From Epiperipatus broadwayi (Eukaryota; Animalia; Onychophora), in assembly GCA_028023455.1 (NCBI GenBank), contig JAQFVV010000004.1, positions 5,332,001 through 5,396,000 on the forward strand: a stretch of DNA of 64,000 nt, written 5' to 3'. How positions within the stretch are numbered: the stretch's first letter is position 1; each line of letters begins with the position of its first letter. The position numbers and the translations under genes are program-made. The notes under the pieces were generated by a model that was given only the letters and a program-made list of their open reading frames with translations, searched no databases and was not told the DNA's origin. Of this stretch, positions 1 through 13,451 are shown piece after piece.

Positions 1-1006
1 AAATAAACAATTGTTTGAAACTTTCTTTTAGTATTGCTATTATCTCAAAAAGTTTTGACTTTTCCTTGATTAAATGATTATTAATGACAACAATGATTTC
101 ATTCTGTTAATACTCTTTATAAATTATTTCTGGAGCTATTAGAAGGAATTGATTCTATTGGAATCCCTTTTATTGCTATTTTTTGTTATTATATTTTGCA
201 ATAAGCAAATCTATTATCCATCTATCTTCTCCAAAACAAATTCATTTTCTACCCATTTTTATCAAGTAATTATTGTTTCACTAATTCTATACAAATAAAG
301 CATGTTTTATATCAAAAGTTTGTTTTATATAATACTAAAACTTGATTAGGGCAAGCTTGATTATTTTGTATATACAGACAGATTTTCACTGCATATTTTT
401 TTGTGAATAATAAATCATTTAAAGCAGTTGAGATATTATTAGTTCACATGACTCTCAAATGTGTCTTGAATAAATGCCCCAAATCGCTTCATTTTGGTAA
501 AATTGACCATATCTGTGTATTTTAAGCATTCAAATTGGTGGAAATGGTCTGTATTATCTATTTCTACCACTGTAATCACACACAAAAAAAAAATTGATAA
601 AATTCTGTGCACTTATAAGAGTGATTCAAACATTAATGAAGAAAATGTTCCTTGTTTTATTGAAAGTCAGATAGAATTCTTAAAATTTTAATATTTAATA
701 GTATTGATAAACATGAAAACTTATTAAACAAAATACTGAAACAGAAAATTAATAATAACTACATGTAATTTAACAACTTTCTATTGGCGATTTTGTTTAT
801 AATGTATCAAATTATAATATATTTAATTTTCTTATGTTACTCAAGAAAAATTTCCATTTGATTTTTGTAGTTGATTATGTAGTAATAGTACAACTCTATT
901 ATCGTTAGAATGGAAAGTGGTTGACATGTATTTTAACTTTCAAGAGTCAATTTTAGGGCCATCTGTTAGAATTGTTTATTGGTTAGACCACCTTCTTCAA
1001 TACAAG

Positions 1007-1112
1007 TTGTTTTTTTTTTTTTGTTTGTTTGTTTTTTTTAAGTGTCATAGCATCGGCCAGGACGCGAATCCGCAACCCGGGCAACCGCCACCTAGTATAA
1101 GGCAGTCGCGCT
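1007..1112 (-). mobile_element. Short CpG-rich, tRNA/SINE-like element with A-rich tail (tentative)
   Basis: Eight CpGs in about 62 nt (1051-1112) in a CpG-poor background. On the minus strand, GGATTCGCGTCC (1060-1071) resembles a Pol III B box and is followed by an A-rich tail (plus-strand T-run 1007-1039). No convincing A box. Confidence 0.35.
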
Positions 1113-1974
1113 GTTGTTCTATGTTCTTGCTTCTATTCAAATGTCAGATAAAAGATATTCATAATAATTATGCCATTTCTTCTCACTATCAATTGCAATT
1201 TAGCCTTTACATCAAGTGAGATTTTTTAAAATTAAGATTAATCTGAGATATTTTCTGATCATAAAGTATTTGTAATATCTTTCATCTTGAATGGCTTTAG
1301 TGTTAGTACTTATGGATACTATTTAAAATGCAAAGTGTCTGATATGACTCTCTTTATTATTTATTTACAAATTGCTTTGTATAGGCTTTTCTCATGATCT
1401 TCAATAAACAGGGAATTATAGTAAATATTATATCTATCTATAAAATATTTTCACAATCGTTTTTAATAGAAGTGTGTATTATAACACCCATTAATTCCAT
1501 TTGCTTTCAAAAGCAGACTTGATGGATTATTTTTATTTTATTTTTTTTAATCCATTGATAATTAGTAAGTTTAATAAACCATGAAATTAACATTAAATGT
1601 TGTATAATTTTTGACAATTACTAATTGGTTTATAAAATAATTGCATTATTTTCTTATAGTTACATATCATACTAATAACTACTAATTATGATTATAATTT
1701 ATTTATTAATTATTGATATTCTGTATCTAAAATTCTTCAGCAATGCTAAAAAAAAATTTTGTAGTAAATTAATCAAACATCAGTTATAATCTATATATTA
1801 ATTTTCTCATTCATGAAGATGTACAGCTTGTTGATCCAGGAAATGACTAATCATAATAGCCCTTAACATGAAAATGTAGACTACTTTGTTTTTTAGCCCT
1901 TCTTTGTTTCCACTCAAAGACTAGATTTTAGATAACCTTAATAAGTCTTATATCCCTCAAAATTATAGTAATGA

Positions 1975-2138
1975 GAAGGGACTTGAACTCAGATTTTCAA
2001 ACTCCCTGTAGCTATACACTCCATCTTATACAACCGATACACATGACCACATACATGTGAAAAAGATAAATGTGTATTGGTTGTATAACATGGAATGCAT
2101 AGTTGTAGGGAACTTGAAAGTCTGAGTTCAAGTCACTT
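1975..2138. repeat. Foldback (inverted repeat) of a ~65-bp segment shared with the 477-bp hammerhead unit
   Basis: Arm 1975-2042 (gaagggacttgaactcagattttcaa...caaccgatacac) is the imperfect reverse complement of 2072-2138. The same segment occurs at 22564-22650 and 23041-23127. Confidence 0.75.
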
Positions 2139-2199
2139 TTAATTGCATTAAGTTTAGTATAGGCAAGTTACTTATAGTTGAAATGCAAAAGTAAAATTT

Positions 2200-3325
2200 A
2201 TCTCCACAATAGTGCCTCCTAATGGCTTTCATCAGTGAGGAGTCTTGGATTTGGGAACACTGCATCTGGATCTTTGGATCTAAGGTACCCCTTATCTAGC
2301 ACCTTATCTTTTATCTGATTGATTAACTAAGAAGCTATCAGCCTAAACTGAAAAATACAGTTTTTAATTTGCTTCTATAGTCATTCAGATCTAACCAATT
2401 CAGTATCTATATATTTTTCTATCCTTGGATTTTTTAATAACCATAGTCACTTTTATTCTTTTGTTAGGATTGGTATTAAACCATTAAAATTTCATGATTA
2501 CCTTTTCTTTAAGCATATACAAACTATTAAAACAATAGCAAAAAAAGTTTTTTTTTAAATAATGCCACCTAGTATAAGCTTGTAATCAATTGGTGATAGT
2601 GTCTAATAATTCCTGTCTAATGTTTTCTCATCTAATATCCCCAGATTTGTTCCTAGTTTATGGTTTTCATCAGTGAGGAGCCTTTAATTTTGAAACTGTG
2701 TACCTGGATTTTCAGATCTAATGCATTCTTTCTTAGAACTTATCTTTTTCCTTAACTATAAAGTTATCAGCCTAAACTGAAAAATACACTAATGGTTTCG
2801 ATCTAAACTAATTTACTTGTATAGTCATACAGATCTGAAACTATTTTGGGGAAAAAATTTTGCAACAGTTTTTAACAGCTTGTGTAAGCATAAAGAAAAA
2901 GATGATCATTTAAAGATTTTAATACCAATTCTAGCCCAAAGATAGCTATGGTTATTAAAAGAACCAAAGACACTACAATAAATACATTCTGAACTGATTT
3001 CAGATCTATATGACTGTAGAAGTGAATTAGCTTGGATTAAAGCATTAATGTGTTTTTCAGTTTAGGCTGATAGCTTTATAGTTATACAAACAAGTAAAAG
3101 ATAGGTGCTGAATAAGTGCATTAGATTAAAAAATCCAGGTGCACTACTTACAAATCCAAAGATCCAGGGCTACTGCTTCCAGATCCAAGGTTTCTCACTG
3201 ATGAAAGTCATAAACTAGAAACTAATCTAGGGATATTGGATGTGAAAGCATTGGATAGGCATTATAAGCCACAAGTATCCATTGATTACTAAAGCTTAAA
3301 TTAGGTGTATTATTTTCGTGGGGGA
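2200..3325. mobile_element. Decayed family-B array (~450-480 bp unit): two head-to-tail copies, then one inverted copy
   Basis: Shared blocks such as ttcatcagtgaggag (2228, 2666) and tatcagcctaaactgaaaaatac (2336, 2765) recur in direct orientation. They recur inverted at ~2860-3325 (gtgtttttcagtttaggctgatag at 3050; ctcactgatgaaag at 3194). The family also occurs at 5430-5620 and 63362-64000. Confidence 0.75.
3191..3234 (+). ncRNA. Degenerate hammerhead-like motif (family B)
   Basis: CTGATGA (3198-3204)-aagtcataaacta-GAAA-ctaat-c-taggg. The core order fits a minimal type I HHR, but stem II and helix III are mutated, so it is probably inactive. Confidence 0.35.
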
Positions 3326-5429
3326 AAATGCTAATGTTTTAAAAGTTTGTTTAGTGACAAAATTGAAATTATAAAGATTTCACAAAGAATTGTAAGCCAA
3401 TATGATTTATACAATTCTATTATCTAGAGTAATCAAAACATTCTTTAGATAAATTAAGCAGTATTATAATTATTCAAGGTTTATAATTATGGCACGTTAC
3501 TCATCTAAAATATAAGATGATCATGGCATTCAGTATTAATGATGGTATTCTTTTTTCATGAAAACTTTGTGAATATGGCTTTTTTTAGTGCATTTTTTAA
3601 TGATATCTGGATCTAAAAATATAATGCCATTTGCACTATGCTAAACCATGATATTGTTAAAACAAAATTCATTCCTATTAACTCTTGGAGTGGCTAAGAA
3701 TCAGTAATGATCAAGCAAGTTGATAAAACAACAATCTGCACTTCAAAAATAAATCTTAGTTTAACTTATAAGCAGTTCTAACCATTATAATATATCAAAA
3801 TGATGAAAATGATTTTTTTTGATTCAGTTTGATAATTATTTGATTAAAAAGGTGACATTCATTTATAAAACATGCTACTAAAATATAAATTATTTTTTCT
3901 ATGTTTGGTTCTCAATATAAATTTATTTTAACCTCCAATTTATTCATCTATCACATATTATACTTTATGGAATAATATTTGCATTGCTGATATTAAATAC
4001 TACTTAACTTTTTGTCAAAAAAGCGACCAATGTAAGTTGCGATAATATGTATGATTTTATTTACTTGTGATGACATCTTTTGAACTAAATTAATTCATGT
4101 ATTTACCATAAGTTAGATAAATAATTCTTTAATTTTAGTCATGTATTTCCATTTAAAGATTTACATTCACCTTTTATTATGTAAAAAAATTGTCAAGCTT
4201 GTCATACCTACTTTAATAAATTTTGTATGTATATATAATGCTTGGTAATTAAAAAAATGTTTTCTACTTCTCATAATATTGTTTTACTTTTTTTTTTTGG
4301 TTAAAGTCACTTGATTATATATCTTTATTTTTTGCATATGTATATAGCATTAATTTTATTCCGATTTTTTTAATTTTTATTATTCTTTTTGATATCCTAA
4401 TCTTTAATATTATATCATATTTATCTCACTTGAAGATTTTTTTAACATCTTTTATTATTACTTATACACTACTGTGTTGTGATTGATCTCAATTTTTGTT
4501 TAGTTATGTGTGTTTGATTTTAGTAAATTTTTAGGCATCTTTATTATAAGTTAAGAATACTTTTAAATAATCATGTTTTGTTTGGGATTGTATGTGTGTG
4601 TTAGATAAAAATAATCATTACAAGAACCTTATAAAAATTAAGATAACTTTAATTGAGGGTATTGTTTTTTAATAAACATGATACTTACAAGATACCTCAC
4701 AATTGTCTTCAAACTCTTATTAAAATATAATATATGTAAATCTTAATCACCATTTTTCTATATTGCTTACATCAGTACTTCTTTATATGTGAAATCTCTA
4801 TTAGCATTTTTATTATTTTTCAATTTATTTTACATGCATTTTAATTTCACATTGATCTGCTTTTTATAATACTAATATCAAATCTAACATATAGATATTA
4901 TCTTATTCTCTTGCCATCTCTTTCCCTGTTTTTTTATAAACTGAGTTTTATTAATTAGTTATGATAATTTTATTTTTTGTTTTCCCATTATTACTATTTC
5001 CCCACTCTTCTATTTTTTTATATTACAATTTATAACTATATGTATATATAAATATACAATTATTACTTGTTTAAAGACACCATTAGCACTCTTTGTTTGG
5101 AAATATTACTAATATCAGTTGAACATTTAAAAATTTAGAAAATTGCTGTCTCAAAAAAAAAATTACTCCATAGCTTAAACAAGAAAGTCATTTTGGATTT
5201 GGTTAATACACTGTCAAATTCTCTTAACTCAGAGAAAATACTGAAACAAACCTATTGAATACAATATTAGAAGCTTTAGCCAGAAAAAATAATTTGAAAC
5301 ATGACTTTAAATAAAACAAATAATGAAAACATGCTTTAATCCATCTCTTTGTAAGAATTAATTTGATGGGTTTTTTTTTCTTTTTTTTTCTTCTTCTGAT
5401 CAGGATTAGCATAGTTCAAACCATTATTA

Positions 5430-5620
5430 ATCAATGAATGATCTAAAGTTCTAGTGCGGTGCTTTCAGATCCAAGGCTCCTTATTGATGAATGCCATAAA
5501 CTAGAAACTAGTCTGCAGATATTAGATGAATAGACACTAGATAGGGATTTTGATGCACAAACCTGGCATTACTGTGTGAAGAGAATTGCTATTATTTCAA
5601 CAATTTGTGTAAGCATAGTG
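5430..5620 (+). repeat. Family-B copy running into the start of the next unit
   Basis: gatccaaggctccttattgatgaatgccataaactagaaactagtctg matches 3183-3230. The end of the unit joins aattgctattatttcaacaatttgtgtaagca, which is the unit start (head-to-tail junction). Confidence 0.65.
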
Positions 5621-5731
5621 ATCTTTTAGTGGTTGTATTTCTATTTTTATTTACAAATGAAAAAAGGAATAAAATCAGGATAAATCCAAATGAAAGGTTA
5701 TCATTAGAAATCATGAGCTCAACGATCTTTA

Positions 5732-6790
5732 GATGCGATGCACTATGACTTCTCCTTTATCAAAGTCGGGAATATCTCGGCCACTATGCCCAGAGAAACC
5801 TGTTAGCCACTTTACCTTCCCTGTCTATTCCCCGCCCTAAGTTTTCCCATATTTTTTCTCTATCCTGCTCCATCCCATTTCACATTATCATCTTTGCCCA
5901 CTCTATGACCTTTATATCTTGATCCCCCTTATCTTTTTCCAAACCCAGCATAAAAACCAAGAACCACTTTCTGTATAATCATTTTGTTTATATTTATTCT
6001 TCCACAACTTCATTATTTGTATCCTATCTGCTTGTAAGCATTTACATTCAATTAGCAGATGCCTAATATTTTCCATGCCATCCTTACATAATTTGCAGAC
6101 TAAATCACCCACATTTCTCCATTTATGTGTATATCCCCTTGTTGCTAACAATCCTATTCGAACCTTAAACAGTAAACTACTTTCCTTGTTTTATCATAAA
6201 TTAACTCACATCCAATATTCTGTTTACTTCTATATATATATATATATTTAAACTCTTTTTACTTTCCATACTAGTTCTCCATCTCTCCAATTTCCTATTT
6301 TTTATTAATATATCTATTCTTCTATCCCATTCTTTGCCACTAGTTCATCCTCCTAATACAATCATTCCATCTTTTGTACAAGTATACTGACAAAAGTCTT
6401 TATCTAAATCTTCTGCATACCATACTATCTTTCTTACCCATCTTGTTGTCTGTCCTTTACTAGTAACTCAATTAAATACTATTTTGGCTTTTTCTTTTAC
6501 TATCCATAAATTGCAATCTACTGAACATTTTCATTTTGCTTTTTGCATCTCTCATATAAAAACTTGACATCCCATTTCTTCTTGAATTGCGTCCTTTGCC
6601 ATCCACACATCTGCTTCTAATGCATGTCTTCCTACTTCTCTTTGTACTTTTTCTAAGTAATCTAGCACTCCTTTACACAAAGACATAATGCATTGTTATC
6701 ATAAGTTAACCCTGCTACTGCCACTCTCTTCCATACAATTCTTGCTACACCATATTTATTATATGAAACACTGGTAATTTGTTTATCAGT
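5732..6790 (-). mobile_element. Non-LTR retrotransposon (LINE) 3' fragment with C-terminal CCHC knuckle; clade not assigned
   Basis: Minus-strand peptides WKRVAVAGLTY, YLEKVQREVGRHAL and AIQEEMG, then CKLC..MENIRHLLIEC (ORF 5912-6151). It has stops and frameshifts, and a 3' UTR ending in a gcatc-like tail. Confidence 0.8.
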
Positions 6791-6800
6791 CCCTTTCTTT

Positions 6801-6890
6801 GATGTGATGCACTATGACTTCTCCTTTATCGGAGTTAGGAATCTCTCAGCCACTATGCCCTAGAGAAACCTGTTAGCCACTTTAATCTTC
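6801..6890 (-). mobile_element. Second, 5'-truncated copy of the same LINE 3' end
   Basis: gatgtgatgcactatgacttctcctttatc...gagaaacctgttagccacttta matches 5732-5815. Confidence 0.75.
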
Positions 6891-7304
6891 TCTTTCTGTT
6901 TCCACAACAATCTTTGTCAACTCCCATCTAGTGTTCAGTAACTGCTCTGGAATTGAAAAATAGAGTGAGTGATTACTGCTCATGATATAGAAATTGAAAA
7001 CAGGCAGAAAAAGTCATATGATATTTTGTTGATATATTTATGAATAGCTCATTTCATTCCACCCCTAAATAATAACTTGAATGTACAATTATTTTTTTTG
7101 TATTTCAAATCTTTATCAGCTCCAGGATGTCCAAACACACACATTGATTAATGTTTATAAACTAGGTCTAAATCAGTATATAATCCATTTAAAAGTTACT
7201 CTTCATCATTGAGAGCTTGGATAAATATGATTTTTTTCTATGGTGAGTTACAAAAAAGAAGGAAAGGGAATGGGAACGTGATTATCTGTTTTTATAATAC
7301 CATT

Positions 7305-7505
7305 GATGCAATGCATTATGGCTTCCCCTTTCACAGAGTCAGGAATGTCTCAGCTACTATGCACAGAGAAATCCGTTAGCCACCTTTCCATTCCCCACCA
7401 TAAGTTTTTCCTATATTCTTCTCTATCCTGCTCGATCCCATTTCCACAACATTATCTTTGTCCACTCTATGGTCTTTACATCTAAATCCCCCTTATCTTT
7501 TCCTT
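7305..7505 (-). mobile_element. Third, more diverged copy of the same LINE 3' end
   Basis: Aligns by eye with 5732-5940 (gatgcaatgcattatggcttcccc...atcccccttatctttt). Confidence 0.7.
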
Positions 7506-8049
7506 ATCTTTGAATTTTGGTTCTGTCACTCCTGACATCTAACTATTATAGATCAGAAGTAATAATTCATAAAAATTCATTTTTTCATTGAAATTTCAAC
7601 TGCCAGAAATTGACAACAGATTCTAGCTGTGTAGCTGGATATGTTTTTAAACATAATTTCATAAATTAATTCATTTTTTATTTTCAGAATATTCTTCGTA
7701 AAAAGTAAACATTAATTTTTTATTGGTGTAGAGCTATGGAAAATAATCAATTTTTAAGATTTTTTTAATCAAAAAGATTTATTTAAGTAAATTTTTGTTA
7801 AAACTTCACTGAAAGTTAGTATGCTCATTAAATCTTGCTTAAGAATATTTATTGTGTTAAGAGATGATTTGTACATATGTCTATAAACAATAGCTAATAT
7901 ATATATATATAGACAGACATACACTTGAAAATTTATTTACAAGTTATATTCTACAAAATAATAGAATATTTTGATTTAAAACCAGATATATTTACCTTCA
8001 GAGAAATTAGCAGCTTGGAATTCAGTAAGAGCTTTGAAGATCCTGTTGG

Positions 8050-10830
8050 AAACTGAACTAAATTGATGATACATTCTTTAGCTCCCATTAATTGGGTCTT
8101 ACTCTTGTAAAAATGCTGAGAAAAAGTAAATTAGCTCCATGCCATTCTTTAAAATCATTTGTCCATATTCTGTCTTTATCTCTTATTTTTGCTTTGTGTA
8201 ATCCTAATTCTTGATGACTTAGTTTTTTTATTCCATACATATGGCAAAAATTTATAATTTCCTTTTATAACTTTCTTTAATTTTTTTTTCCAATTCATTT
8301 TTTTTTATGCAATTCTTCATTGGAAACTTTTTGTATCCATCTAATTCTTATATAAAATTTTTTAGCAAGTTCTTTGAAATGCCAAGATTCTTCTCATTGA
8401 ACATTTTATTATTTTATAACTATTTTATTTTAAAATTAATTCATCTAGTCCATGATTTGTAGTCATGTTCTTGCTCTGGCTAATCTTAATTTTATTTTAT
8501 TTTCACAATCAATATCATAAGTGATGTTTCTTCAAAGGTACACTAAACTTTGTACATTTTCTGGTGTATTTCCACCAATTTTGATTTTTCTCATTCAGAA
8601 TGATTGTTTATGAATAAAATTTAGCTCTTTTGTTTCTTCATTTAACATTTTACAGTGTTTTTTTAATGTTTTTCCAATTACAGTGATTAACTTTTTCATT
8701 TGTTTGATCTTGGTCATATTTTTTTCCAGATATATAATGAATATGTTTAATAAGATTGGATTACTATCTTGCATTTATGACTTATCATAGATATTTTTTT
8801 AGAATGTTAATAAGGGTATGATCTTTTGGTCAATGTTGTCAAAGGTCTTATGAAAATTTAAGATATTGTCTCAATGAAACAGAGTGATATTATTTTTATA
8901 GTATTCTCATCTTTTGTAAATCCAGCATGTTCATCCTCCAAATGTACTTCTGTGTGGATTTTTAATCTTTCATTTAAACTGTTCATTAAGACTTTTTCTC
9001 AAATACTAACTGTGATGTTCACTTTCTATCTTGCTTTCCTTTTCATTGATTGACACTAACAATGATTTTGTTCATGTTTTATCTATTTATTTATTTTTAT
9101 GCAATATTACACAACACGTAAATTTCTTAAATTAATTCTACCATATCTAATCATTTTCCCTGCATTTTCAGTCTTTTTATTTTTCTTCAGTAATTCACTG
9201 TGCTTTTAACTATTTTTTTTTAAAATATTATCTTCACTAATATAAAGGTGTAATTTGAGTTAGCACTTTACTAATTTTTGTTCATATTTTTTCTTCAAAA
9301 TTTTCTACATGTAACAAGAGTAGACAAAATCTTTAGTAATAAGAATCATGTGCAATATTTTTCAAAAAATTTTAAATATTATAGAGCTCAGTGATCAATT
9401 TTGGAACTAATTTTGATGGGAGTAATACAAAGTATTAAATGTCAAAATACTTTTTATCAACTAATTATGATAACAAAATTCACATTAACAGCCCTTTTAA
9501 CTAATATCATTAAATGTCAAAAAATTTAAAGTTTCAAAGTATCTGTTTTTTTACTTATTTTTAATTAAAGCATTTGTAAAATAAAATATTTTAATATTAA
9601 GACATTTTATTTTACTATAGTTTATTAATAAGCAAATAGTTTATACTTTGTGGCTAATTATGAATCAAAATATATAAAATGCGCTAACACGCACAAGCAC
9701 ACAAAGCTAAAAACAAATAAAGCAAATATATATTATTTTAATATCTATTCATTAAATGGCTAAGCGCTTTCAAGGTTCAAGCCCTCATAATCATAGGCGT
9801 ATTACAAAATATAATAAATTGACTTGGAGTGATGCAAATTTATGCAAATGAAATAATTATGCATTCCATTTCTTGGATATTTTGTAGCAAGAGTCTTTTC
9901 TATTGATGGCATCGCCATCTCTAGATATAAAGAAAGCTTCTTTTATCTTTCTTTTTAGATCATGCCGCTCTCTGCATACCACCAGTTTAAAGAAAATGGC
10001 AATGAAAATCACAGAGTAGCTTTAGGAGCTGCATGTGTTAATCCAACTTTAAAATTTTATTTTTACTAATGAACATTTTTTTCATGTTTATCTATATTTT
10101 TTGTTTTTGCTACCATTTTCTATTAGGACTTTTATTATCTTTAGATTTGTATTTATCATGATCTATGGCTATGTTTCTGCATTGAAGTTTAGTTGTGTTT
10201 TTTAAATCTATCATAACTGATTGTCTTCTTTGCTTTGTTGCATTATGTCTTATAATGTTGTTCTATTTTTCAGCATTCACTTTCATAGATCAGTTTCAAT
10301 GTTTCCTGCTTTTGTTTTTTGCTAATCTTTTCTTTTGTGTATTACATTTCTCCTCAAACTTTATTAAGATTTTCAAATGTCTTTTTTTTTTTTGGTTAAA
10401 TTTTTAATTTTCTTCTTAATAGCCAATCGACTTATATTTATTAAGCTTTGATCTATGATCCAAACATTTGATTGATTCTCTAAAAAGTATAGCACTGCTA
10501 TATTGCTGATGACCCCTTTCTATTTATTAGTATCACTTTTATTATATTCCTTAATTTTTCATCATTCTATTTCCTTGTTTATGTTATTCTTTCATCATTT
10601 TTTTCTCCTTGTTTTTATTGGAATTTCTTATTTTAAAGCAAATTCTAATATTCTTTCATTCATTTTTTGACCATAATTTTTACTCCATACCCCATTATCA
10701 CTTCGAGTTTTAGATTTCCATGATAATAAAGTCTTTGAAGTATATTATCAAGAATTAGTTTCAGATCCCATAGAGCTGTAATTCTCCATCAACTGTATTA
10801 TTTGACACAGTGGGACCTTTTTAGTCACAT
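8050..10830 (-). mobile_element. Heavily decayed RTE-type LINE (APE endonuclease + RT), interrupted at ~9250-9900
   Basis: Minus-strand remnants in the expected order. APE-like: VIMG (~10700), ILINRK and DHR (~10470-10520). RT-like: EHAGF (~8930) and FHKTFDNID (~8840-8860). C-terminal: RIRWIQKVSNEE (~8310-8350) and IWTNDFKEWHG (~8135-8175). Confidence 0.7.
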
Positions 10831-13451
10831 TGTTTATAACTATATGAGTTTAAAAAAAGCACCAAATGTTTTAAATACTATCTCTTTGGACATTATGTCA
10901 ACTCTCATGCATGTTTGCATATATGGTTAAAAAATTCATATCTGTATCTATGATGTCATGAAGTCTATGATATAAAAATTTCAGAGCAGTAATTTTTTTT
11001 AAAAAAAAATTCTCAATATGGTTTAACAGGAATTCTATAATTTTCTGAAATCTTTATATACCATTTAAAAAAAAAGATCACATTCAAAAAATGAAAATTA
11101 GTTTTGGATTTACTAATTTTAAGCAATAGTGAAATATGTATATAAAAAAGGAAATGGTTTTAAGTGCATGTAACAACTTTTTGTTCTTCTGGAACTTAGA
11201 TTATTAATATAAACTATGGTAAAAATTTAAAATAATTTTAAAATCATCAGATTAGAAAATTCCTCCCATGTCTTTGGCTAATCAGTTCTATATCAATTTT
11301 GTTATAAGTGAACAATATAGGAAATGCCAATAGATTTATTTTTGTGGATGGATCTTACATTATACCCTCAATTCTTTTCCATCTTCTTGATAGACTTTAA
11401 CTTTTTTTTTCAGTATTTCTTTCATATATGATAATTGCAGAAATTTTTTTTTAGTGTAGATGACATTGTCATTAGTTTCTGCACCCCCCCCCCCTCTTTT
11501 TTTTTTTTTTTAAAGAAAAAAAAATGTTTTCAAATCAGGACTTAAATACAGACAGCTTGAGTAGGATTATTATTATGGTGCATTTTCTGCTTAAAATCAT
11601 CAGTTAAATAGATGGCATTGCACAACCATTAAACTATTTAATTAACAGTTGCCTGAGGAAATTTTTTTTCCTAATTAAAAAGTTTTTAGTCTATGCCCTG
11701 CCCCATAAATTGCCTCATTCACTAAGATTAGATATTTTGATCTTTATTATGATATATATATTGCATGTGAAAATTACTGATCATGTTAGCTAGCCAAATT
11801 TTATCATCACAGGGCAATAATGTCAATTCCACAAAAGATGAACAATATAGGAAATTGTGTTGAATATGAATAGATTTCTCTTTGTGGATGGATCTATCCA
11901 AAGCAATTAAAAATAGTTATCTGAGATTAGAAATAGTTCTTATAATATCATATAGCAATGAAATTATAGAAAAGCTATTTTTCTTAGGAGAATGATGCTG
12001 ATTGAATTTATGTATTGCATTGGCAATTGATGAGTAAATGATAAAACATTCAAGTTTATAAACAATTTGATCTTAAATTGTGTTAGATTATTATAATGCC
12101 TTGTGTGGTTTAGTGTAATAATATACTGTATAGAATAATTAGACTCTAGAACTAAAAGTTCCTTTATTGAATGTTCTTATTGCTTCTTGTGTTCAAGTGT
12201 CACATGACTTCCTGGACAGTAATCCTTTTTTTTTTTTTTTTTGCCGATTTGCTAAAAGATAAAGAAGTTATGTGATTTATGTTAGATCAGCCATATTGAT
12301 CAAAAACATTTTTTGTGAAAATTTTCAAGATTATTTCTGGAAAGAAATGGATTTGTTGCTTTTTTTTTTTATTTTTGTGCAGAACATACAATCTGAATAT
12401 AACATTAAACAGTTGAAGCATCTTAATATAAAATTAATAAAATACATAATGTTTTTTTTTAAAAATGTAGACATGCATTCATGAAAATTGGATTTTCAAT
12501 TTAAAATATGTTTTTCTAATTTCAAATCTTTTTCGTTGGATATAACTTATACTTTACCCAAAGATTTGTGGATTGGAGGCATATAACATAGGTTGTTTTG
12601 TTTTTTTATCAGTCATTTTTTTTAATTAGTGTTGAATGATTGCTCAAGAACACTGAAACTAACTTATGTAAGGACTTTATGTGTGGAAAGTTTATTAAAG
12701 TATATTTTTTAAATATTGCAATTTGTAATGGAATCCATAATTTTTTTAACAAAATGAACAGTTTTTCAAATTTGCATAGGAAATCATCTGCCTTTTTTTT
12801 TTTTTTTTTGCTTCTTCTCCATTGTGTTGAAGATAACAGATATTCATTTTGCTTTCTCAAAAAATATTTGTGCATTTTATTCTTTATTAGTAATGATGTT
12901 AATCTGATTAATCCATACTGATTTGCACTCTTGTTTAACGTAGAATCGTTACAAGTTTTTTTTAATTTCATTTCTTATGAAGTTAACTATAACAAGCACA
13001 AACGTCAATTTTTTTTTTTTTTCTCAGTATAAAATATCTTTTTCACTAGTCAGACTCAGATCATAGATAAATGGTAATGGGTACATAATTGGTATATTCA
13101 AATTGGTTTCCTAATTCAATACTGAATGGATTTTATCGTTTATTAGATTTGTTTACTTTATATTCTTAAACATTGTTTTATTTTTTGATCATTTAAGCTG
13201 ACCCATTATGAAATTAGCAAAGAATAGTAAGAGTCTCGAATACATTTTTGCAATTATTAAACCATTTCATTTATTAAATTTTTTGGTTGTCTCTCTCTCT
13301 TTTTTTTTTTTTGAGACTCTCCCTCTTAAATAAAACCAATTTTTTCATAAAGTTTAGGCAGTAAATATGCTATCAATATAAGAGCAGCTTACATATGTAG
13401 ATTTTTCACTTCTCAGACTGTCTAGTTTTATGTAGTTATAAATTACAAAAT

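Noticed and set aside
1084-1098. CTCF site (ACTAGGTGGCG on minus)
   Set aside because: Only a partial match, lacking the leading CC, and it is repeat-borne. It cannot be supported without binding data.
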